Shown here piece after piece: positions 58,027 to 64,000 of a DNA stretch of 64,000 bases. The notes under the pieces were generated by a model. That model made no database searches. It was not told the DNA's origin and was given only the letters and a program-made list of their open reading frames with translations. A program made the translations under genes and the position numbers. Every line of letters begins with the position of its first letter. Position 1 is the stretch's first letter. Origin of the DNA: Candidatus Obscuribacterales bacterium (lineage in GTDB: Bacteria > Cyanobacteriota > Vampirovibrionia > Obscuribacterales > Obscuribacteraceae); the NCBI GenBank assembly GCA_020050685.1, contig JAGVKG010000065.1, positions 17,984 to 81,983 of the forward strand. The letters are read 5' to 3'.

Positions 58027-59850
58027 ATGTATAGCGGCGGCGGACCACCTGTTTACTTAATGTGGTCCAACATGTTTAAGCCGGAAAAGTCACAGGTGGC
58101 TAAACCTGTGGAATGGCGGCGCATCGGCAAGCTGTTTGTGCCTTATTGGAAAGAGGTGGCGCAGGTCTTGGCATGCATTTTTGCGATTTCGCTTTTGGGT
58201 TTGGTGCCACCGCTTTTAACCATGAGTATTATTGACCGCGCTATTCCACACCATAATTTTGGTGCTCTGCTTTTTTATGTTGGTTGCATGATTCTATCTG
58301 CGATTTTGTCCGGCTTGATTGGTGTTTATCAAGGATATGTCAACGCCAGTATGGGCGAAAGCATTTTGCGCGATTTAAGAACGGAATTAATTGCACATTT
58401 GCAGAAGCTGCCGCTTGAGTTTTTCACGAGCACTAAAACCGGCGAGATCATGAACCGCGTTTCAAATGATGTCGATAGTTTGGATGATGTTGTGACGATG
58501 ACGCTTGTAGTAATCATTTCCAACATATTCACTCTCGTTACGACACTCGTGACTATCTTTATTCTGGATTGGCGTTTGGCACTGCTTTCCGTCATAGTGA
58601 TACCACTAATGGTTTTGCCTTTGTGGCCGGTGGGCAGGCAAATGTATCTGGCTCGCAGAAAGAGCCGAGAGAAAAACGATGAAATTCAAAGTGCGATGCA
58701 AGAAACACTTTCTATATCTGGTATCACGCTTGTGAAATCTTTTGGGCGCGAGCAAGTGGAGCGCCGCCGGTTTTTCAATTTGGGAAACGAATTGAGAAAT
58801 ACGTCCATCGAGTTGACGATGATTGGGCGCTGGTTTCTTATGGTAATTACAGCCATGGTCACAGTTGGTCCGGCTATCGTCTGGATTGGTGGCGGTTGGC
58901 TTGCCATGCATAAGGGGCTGACGATTGGAGCGATTGTCACATTTGTTGCCTTGCTTGGGCGTTTGTATACGCCGGCATCAGCGCTTGCCGGTGTGCGTAT
59001 TCAATTTATTAGTGCACTGGCAATTTTTGAACGCATATTTGAATATCTGGATATGAAGACGGAAGATTTGGTGCGTCCCGATGCTCAAGACCTGGGCGCA
59101 ATTGCCGGGCAAGTGGAATTTAAAGATGTGAGCTTTTCTTACTCGACTGACCGTCAGGCACTCAAAGACATTAACTTCGTGGCCAAACCAGGGCAAATGG
59201 TGGCATTTGTCGGAGTGTCTGGTGCGGGTAAGACGACAATCACCCATTTAGTGCCGCGCTTCTATGACCCGCAAACAGGCAGTGTATTGATTGATGGGCA
59301 CGACATTCGCGATCTGAATCTTGCCTCCTTGCGCGAGCACATTGGCGTGGTGACGCAAGAAACATATTTGTTCCATGATAGTATCGCCAACAACTTGCGC
59401 TATGCACGCGAGGATGCTACACAAGATGAGCTGATTTCTGCCGCTAAGACAGCCAACATTCACGATGTGATCATGAGCTTGCCAGATGGTTACGATACAG
59501 TAACTGGTGAGCGTGGCCACAAGCTTAGTGGTGGCGAACGGCAGCGTTTGGCAATTGCGCGTGTGCTTTTAAAAAATCCGAAGATTTTGATTTTGGATGA
59601 AGCTACCTCATCGCTTGATTCTCATAACGAGGCGCTGATTCAAGCTGCATTGATACCACTTATGAAGGGTCGTACTTCTTTAGTAATTGCGCACCGCTTA
59701 TCTACTGTATTAGCCGCCGACATTATTTATGTAGTCGACCGTGGGCGAATTGTAGAAAGCGGTACGCATGCTGACTTGCTGGCTCAGGGTGGAGCGTATT
59801 CTCTTTTATATAACCAGCAATTCCGCAATCACGATCAAATCCTCAACTAG
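58027..59850 (+). CDS. ABC exporter, fused permease/ATPase (MsbA/type-1 exporter family)
   Basis: Six-TM N-terminal half, Walker A GVSGAGKTT, signature LSGGERQRLAIAR, Walker B ILILDEATSSLD. No C39 peptidase domain, and no MFP or TolC gene nearby. Confidence 0.85.
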   Translation: MYSGGGPPVYLMWSNMFKPEKSQVAKPVEWRRIGKLFVPYWKEVAQVLACIFAISLLGLVPPLLTMSIIDRAIPHHNFGALLFYVGCMILSAILSGLIGVYQGYVNASMGESILRDLRTELIAHLQKLPLEFFTSTKTGEIMNRVSNDVDSLDDVVTMTLVVIISNIFTLVTTLVTIFILDWRLALLSVIVIPLMVLPLWPVGRQMYLARRKSREKNDEIQSAMQETLSISGITLVKSFGREQVERRRFFNLGNELRNTSIELTMIGRWFLMVITAMVTVGPAIVWIGGGWLAMHKGLTIGAIVTFVALLGRLYTPASALAGVRIQFISALAIFERIFEYLDMKTEDLVRPDAQDLGAIAGQVEFKDVSFSYSTDRQALKDINFVAKPGQMVAFVGVSGAGKTTITHLVPRFYDPQTGSVLIDGHDIRDLNLASLREHIGVVTQETYLFHDSIANNLRYAREDATQDELISAAKTANIHDVIMSLPDGYDTVTGERGHKLSGGERQRLAIARVLLKNPKILILDEATSSLDSHNEALIQAALIPLMKGRTSLVIAHRLSTVLAADIIYVVDRGRIVESGTHADLLAQGGAYSLLYNQQFRNHDQILN

Positions 59851-60530
59851 ATACTATGGAGCTCTCCACCGCCTCTTTCTAAAGCTTTGAGTTCCTCGAT
59901 CTCTTGCAGTCTCATGGAACCTTGTGCTTTAGCAGATTCAGGCGAGTGCAATTGATTAAGGCAGGTAATGTATTTGCCCCTGAGGCGAATGAGATTTCGC
60001 AGACAGAGTTTTTCCACTTCCACAGCTCCAAGTTTCTTTGCTCCCTCTTCGTTCAGTTGAGAGAATATCCTCATGCCATATTCCAACAATGGCTGTGCGT
60101 CTTTTGCGTCGCGGCCTTGCAGATAGGCTGTTGCTGCCTGTTCGGCGTAAAGCGTTGCGGCAATTAGTGGTGCGTCTGGGTTGGAATCTTTATGCTTGAG
60201 CATGTGCTCATAGGCATGCTTATACATATTGCCAGCTTCAATGTAGTCCTTATCTTTATGTGTGATGTCGGCTTCAGCCATTTTGATTGTGCCGAGCAAT
60301 TCGTAGTCGTTTACTACTGCAAAGCTACCGGCACCATATTGATTGAGATCACTTTGTAGTCTTTCTTTTGCCAGCTTCTCCGCTTGCTGGCTTTTCATTA
60401 AGTCTATGGCGTCGTGACCAAAAAGTTTGCTTGGCTCTTTCCGGTAATCGATAAGCTCGATCTGTTTTGGAAGCGCCTGGTCCCCAACAACTTCAGCGCT
60501 AGATGGTCTTGCCATGGTGCGCACCTCCAT
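59847..60530 (-). CDS. Hypothetical soluble helical protein
   Basis: Longest ORF in the region, convergent with the ABC exporter. The two stops share the palindrome CTAG. No family recognised. Confidence 0.4.
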   Translation of the reverse strand: MEVRTMARPSSAEVVGDQALPKQIELIDYRKEPSKLFGHDAIDLMKSQQAEKLAKERLQSDLNQYGAGSFAVVNDYELLGTIKMAEADITHKDKDYIEAGNMYKHAYEHMLKHKDSNPDAPLIAATLYAEQAATAYLQGRDAKDAQPLLEYGMRIFSQLNEEGAKKLGAVEVEKLCLRNLIRLRGKYITCLNQLHSPESAKAQGSMRLQEIEELKALERGGGELHSI

Positions 60531-60645
60531 ATTAGTGGAGCGCCATTATATGGCCGCAATTTCCTTGGCAATGCCTAAGTGTCGTAATTCCCCCACTGAA
60601 GGTGGGAAACTTCGCCTTGACAGATCAGCTTAATAAACCGGTGAT

Positions 60646-61041
60646 TTAATGTTCTCCCAAAACGACTGCAAAGTCTTTGGGTGATATGACCTTAGCGACA
60701 CCTTTAAAATCTTTGAGATTGCCGGTTACCAGGTAATCTGCATCGGAAGCGCATAGCACATCAACGAATGCTTGATCGCTTTGATCTGATGATTTAAATT
60801 TCGCTGGAGCGGCAGAAACATTATGCGCATATGAACGAATATACTCGAGCAAAGCGGTTACTGAACCTGGCGGAAATGGAAACTTTTCGTCGCTCAGTAT
60901 CCTTTGATATTCAATCCAAATTGCATCATTAATCGCTAAATCAACTGTTCCGGCCAGAACGGCATCCAGGATCACTCCTGGATAACCGGTAGGATTGATC
61001 AATCCGGAGACGATAACATTCGTATCAAGGACGATTATCAT
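60646..61041 (-). CDS. vapC: PIN-domain toxin (VapC-like)
   Basis: MIIVLDTNVIVSGLINPTG start with conserved acidic residues (D6, later SDADYLVTGN), typical of PIN-family TA toxins. Has a 1-nt TGATG overlap with the upstream antitoxin. Confidence 0.7.
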   Translation of the reverse strand: MIIVLDTNVIVSGLINPTGYPGVILDAVLAGTVDLAINDAIWIEYQRILSDEKFPFPPGSVTALLEYIRSYAHNVSAAPAKFKSSDQSDQAFVDVLCASDADYLVTGNLKDFKGVAKVISPKDFAVVLGEH

Positions 61042-61355
61042 CAGCCACGTTTTCTGGTTGATGTTTTGCGCTTTGGTGGGGTCTTTTTGATTTGCTTCAC
61101 CAAGTTGACCACATCTTCTTCGGATAACTGATCAAGCTCTTGCTTCCGAGCCTGTGCCCGCATTTGCGTGACCGCCAGCTTTGCCTGCAACCGCGATAAT
61201 TCCAGAAGCAGTTGATGTAAGTTGCTTTCATCGGTACTCACAAGTACGCCAAAGGGTTTGCCATGTTTGGTAACAATGACAGGCTGCCCGCTTTCCAAAA
61301 GCGCCCAGATGGCTGCTGGTTCTGTTCTGAATTCTCGTGAACTTACATACCGCAT
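61041..61355 (-). CDS. Phd/YefM-type antitoxin
   Basis: MRYVSSREFRTEPAAIWALLESGQPVIVTKHGKPFGVLVS is the typical Phd/YefM N-terminal fold pattern. Basic C-terminal tail. Confidence 0.65.
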   Translation of the reverse strand: MRYVSSREFRTEPAAIWALLESGQPVIVTKHGKPFGVLVSTDESNLHQLLLELSRLQAKLAVTQMRAQARKQELDQLSEEDVVNLVKQIKKTPPKRKTSTRKRG

Positions 61356-61592
61356 AAAAATGTCCTCGATTTATCCTACATTTAAGCTACACTTTTAGTA
61401 CGCGATTGTCAACAGGCATCATGCGCTTTGGACCGTATTCACTGACTGGTGCGACCGGGTTGAATTGATGTGTTTATGCGCAAAACATGTCGATTGGATG
61501 TGTTTTGCGCCTTCATTTGATAATATTCATACACACTTGACTATTTGCCAGAAGCGAAAATCGCCTAAATCCGGTAAACTAATTATCCTTAC

Positions 61593-61667
61593 GGGCGGTT
61601 AGCTCAATGGTGGAGCACTTCGTTTACACCGAAGGGGTTAGGAGTTCGAGTCTCTTACCGCCCACCA
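61593..61667 (+). tRNA. tRNA-Val (anticodon TAC), CCA encoded
   Basis: Cloverleaf folded by hand: acceptor GGGCGGT/ACCGCCC; D arm GCTC-AATGGTG-GAGC; anticodon arm CTTCG-TTTACAC-CGAAG; variable GGGTT; T arm AGGAG-TTCGAGT-CTCTT; discriminator A + CCA. Confidence 0.9.
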
Positions 61668-61675
61668 ATACTGAT

Positions 61676-61710
61676 ACGGGTTTTCGGGATTTGCCGAAGA
61701 CCCGTTTTTC
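61676..61710 (+). terminator. Rho-independent terminator of tRNA-Val
   Basis: 12-bp stem ACGGGTTTTCGG / CCGAAGACCCGT with one G-U pair, loop GATTTG, followed by TTTTTC. Confidence 0.8.
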
Positions 61711-61862
61711 ATTTGTAAGTGCAGTTAGCTCGAATTTGACTAGACAACATGAATAGTGTGAACGGAACAACATCCAACCTGTAGTTAGTTGGACTGATAC
61801 TGCACATTTAGCATGGAAATATCGATTCTCGCTGACGATCGAAACACTCTGATGCCGATGTA

Positions 61863-62864
61863 TTAAAGATATGGTATGTACCGATAACCGAGCGCAATTT
61901 CTTTATCCGCCTCACCTTTGTCATGTTGGCCCATCAACTCGTAAAGTTCGTATCGGAACCAATAGGCTTCTGCGTAATAGGTATCGAGTTCAATGGCTTT
62001 GGATAAATGAATGAGAGCCTCATTGTATTGTTGGTCGCATATCAATACTTTAGCTAACGTTGCAATTATCGGAGGACAATCGGGAAATAGCTCATTAGCC
62101 TTCTTCGCGTCCTTCAAAGCAATGTCTATGTTTCTCATTTTTAAATGAATGCGTGCTCGATTGCTGAGCGCTAGTCCGTCCGAACGAGCATTAGGAGCGA
62201 ATCCTTCATTCGTTTTTAAATCGATCAATGCATCGTCAAAGCGTTTTGATACACAGAAACAGTGTGCTCGTGTGATCAAAGCCGCCTGGCATTTGGGATA
62301 AATGGACAGAGCTGTATTGCAGTTCTCAATCGCCTTTTCTATGTCACCCAATCGTGCATAAATGCATCCGTAAGCACCATAGCAATGTGCCAAGAGCAGT
62401 ATAAAGCGCTTATTGGTATTTCGTAACGCAATCGTGCAATCTTCTAGCGCTTGTTCTAATTTATTCAATTGCAAATTTGCCATTGAACGGTTGAGGTAAG
62501 CAACAGCGTTGTTTGGGCTGAAACTCAGAGCTTTGTTGCATGAGTCCATTGCTTTTTCGGGTTGGCTCAAGGCGATGTAGCAGGCTGCAGCAGTTATGAA
62601 CGGATCAGGATGATTAGGAAGTTTGATGATCGCTTTATCGCACCATTCAATACTTTTGGCATAGTCGCCGCTGTTGCATGACTGAACTGCCCGATGCAAG
62701 GGAAGAAATTGATCCGATATCCAAGCGAAGCAAGCAATCACAAAGATAATACCAGTTAGTCCGAAAAGTTCTGGGTGGTTAGTAAGTCCACCAAAAAAGG
62801 ACAAAATGAGACATATGATAAACGGAAAAAGTATGTACCTTAAACCGGATTTGAATAATTGCAT
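61863..62864 (-). CDS. Membrane-anchored tetratricopeptide-repeat (TPR) protein
   Basis: Two N-terminal TM segments, then repeated 34-aa A..Y..RA/G.....A..D-type motifs (for example AVAYLNRSMANLQLNKLEQALEDCTIAL). Confidence 0.65.
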   Translation of the reverse strand: MQLFKSGLRYILFPFIICLILSFFGGLTNHPELFGLTGIIFVIACFAWISDQFLPLHRAVQSCNSGDYAKSIEWCDKAIIKLPNHPDPFITAAACYIALSQPEKAMDSCNKALSFSPNNAVAYLNRSMANLQLNKLEQALEDCTIALRNTNKRFILLLAHCYGAYGCIYARLGDIEKAIENCNTALSIYPKCQAALITRAHCFCVSKRFDDALIDLKTNEGFAPNARSDGLALSNRARIHLKMRNIDIALKDAKKANELFPDCPPIIATLAKVLICDQQYNEALIHLSKAIELDTYYAEAYWFRYELYELMGQHDKGEADKEIALGYRYIPYL

Positions 62865-62926
62865 TGGGAGGCACTCTGAAAGACTAACTATTTTGTTGTG
62901 ATAATACTATCCACTTAATTGTCGTA

Positions 62927-63253
62927 TCAGCCAGCTGCGGAAATGCTTTTTGCTGGCAGTCGTCTTATCTTGTTGTATTGTTTGCTCTTGCTATGTTCCA
63001 GCTCCCAAACGTCTAGCGCGTGCTGCATATTGAGCCAGCTTGTTGGTGTGGTGCCAAGAAGGCGAGCCAATCGAATCGCCATGTCTGGTGTTATCGGTCT
63101 TCGCTCGTGAAGAATTTCGGAAACCGTTCGACGTGATACTCCCAGACGCTGGGCCAAAGCATCTTGGGTAATTCCAAGCTCCGGCAAAATATCTTCTCTC
63201 AGGATTTCGCCAGGATGCGTGGGCTGTCTTTCTTTACTGCGTAGAGACTGCAT
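62927..63253 (-). CDS. higA: HigA-family antitoxin (XRE HTH)
   Basis: HPGEILREDILPELGITQDALAQRLGVSRRTVSEILHERRPITPDMAIRLARLLGTTPTSWLNMQ is the canonical HigA pattern. Has a 1-nt TAATG overlap with higB. Confidence 0.8.
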   Translation of the reverse strand: MQSLRSKERQPTHPGEILREDILPELGITQDALAQRLGVSRRTVSEILHERRPITPDMAIRLARLLGTTPTSWLNMQHALDVWELEHSKSKQYNKIRRLPAKSISAAG

Positions 63254-63531
63254 TAATGATAGTCCTCCAAATTAACGTCGTGTGCGTGCTCGCTACTAAA
63301 CTTAAAAGTAATGCGCCAATTACCTGACACAGTTACACTCCATGTGCCCTTTCTGTTTCCTGTTAGCTCATGTAGTCCATATCCTGGCAAGTTCATATCC
63401 TTGGGCTCGCTGGAGGCATCAAGTCTATCCAAAATGCGCCTTATGCGAGGAGCCTGTTGAGCATTGATTTTCTTTGTGCTGTTTTGCACAAAGTATTCTT
63501 CCAAGCCTTTGTGCTTGAAGCTTTTAATCAT
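63253..63531 (-). CDS. higB: HigB-like toxin (RelE/ParE superfamily, plasmid maintenance killer protein)
   Basis: MIKSFKHKGLEEYF..., LPGYGLHELTGNRKGTWSVTVSGNWRITFKF and the ending DVNLEDYH are typical HigB strings. Confidence 0.8.
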   Translation of the reverse strand: MIKSFKHKGLEEYFVQNSTKKINAQQAPRIRRILDRLDASSEPKDMNLPGYGLHELTGNRKGTWSVTVSGNWRITFKFSSEHAHDVNLEDYH

Positions 63532-63610
63532 TACCTTGTGTAACTCCGTACGTTACAATAACCAGTGTAACCCATAGCATTACATTTGGCAAGGGTATAG
63601 AAGTTGCTGC

Positions 63611-63997
63611 TCATGCGGCTGAGTTTGAGCTCTCTTCAAGTATGGGTTCTTGAAGCGCTGTTTGCATCAGTTCCAAGGTTTGTGGCAATCGGGACAAGAC
63701 ATCCTTTTCAGAAATCCTCAGAACCCGGAATCCATGTTGCTCCATAATTGAGTCGCGGTAAGCGTCTTCCTTGTTGGACCAGTAGTTGTCGTGGGAGCCT
63801 CCGTCTATCTCAATTATTAGTTTTTTGCTTGGACATAGGAAGTCGACTATCCATCCGAGAATGACTATCTGGCGCCAGAACTGCTCACCCAGTTGGCAAT
63901 TGCGAATTGTTCGCCAAAGAGCCGCTTCCGATGGTGTAGGGTTTCGTCGCAATATATGAGCAAACTTGAATTTTTCTCGGCTGCAGCGGTCACTCAA
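63611..63997 (-). CDS. DUF559 endonuclease-like protein (Vsr-like fold)
   Basis: LRRNPTPSEAALWRTIR ... VDFLCPSKKLIIEIDGGSHD ... DAYRDSIMEQHGFRVLRISEKDV matches the DUF559 pattern. Confidence 0.7.
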   Translation of the reverse strand: MSDRCSREKFKFAHILRRNPTPSEAALWRTIRNCQLGEQFWRQIVILGWIVDFLCPSKKLIIEIDGGSHDNYWSNKEDAYRDSIMEQHGFRVLRISEKDVLSRLPQTLELMQTALQEPILEESSNSAA

Positions 63998-64000
63998 TGT

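Noticed and set aside
61480-61530. A 10-bp inverted repeat GCGCAAAACA ... TGTTTTGCGC upstream of tRNA-Val, considered as a terminator or regulatory hairpin
   Set aside because: It has a 13-nt loop, no clear U-tract, and no upstream gene on the plus strand that it would terminate. It is noted only as a weak structure.

Overview
This is a 64-kb bacterial chromosomal window that uses the standard code, since many genes end in TGA. I saw no rRNA, CRISPR array, transposase or integrase. One uninterrupted 26.5-kb gene dominates it (12047..38539, + strand, about 8,830 aa, about 41% of the window). It encodes a signal-peptide-bearing, Gly/Ser/Thr/Ala/Asn-rich protein with four parts: a unique N-terminal region of about 650 aa, about 28 degenerate super-repeats of about 250 aa, about six repeats of about 115-120 aa of a second type, and an acidic C-terminal tail. 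No secretion or anchoring partner gene lies next to it.

Upstream (1..11.6 kb) are:
- a nucleotidyltransferase/HTH pair
- a LuxC-like/PaaK-like fusion enzyme
- a tandem ribbon-helix-helix protein
- an operon of acyl-CoA dehydrogenase, polyprenyl synthase and divergent PAP2
- two tandem LD-carboxypeptidase paralogs, the second lacking the catalytic Ser and His
- an AhpD/CMD-like gene whose only interruption is an in-frame TGA at the second Cys of the CxxC motif, which makes it a candidate selenoprotein

Downstream (38.6..64 kb) are:
- nnr translationally coupled to an orphan OppD-like ATPase
- an APC-like permease next to a KdpD/KdpE-like two-component pair
- a secreted CX5R phosphatase and an AidB-like dehydrogenase
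- a DMT-half-transporter/GNAT cluster
- a Rieske/cytochrome b/cytochrome c operon
- an MsbA-type ABC exporter
- tRNA-Val(TAC) with a clean terminator
- several toxin-antitoxin pairs (HicAB-like, PIN/Phd, HigBA) and a DUF559 gene

All family assignments come from motifs read by eye and from memory of the families; no searches were run. Repeat counts and boundaries are approximate.
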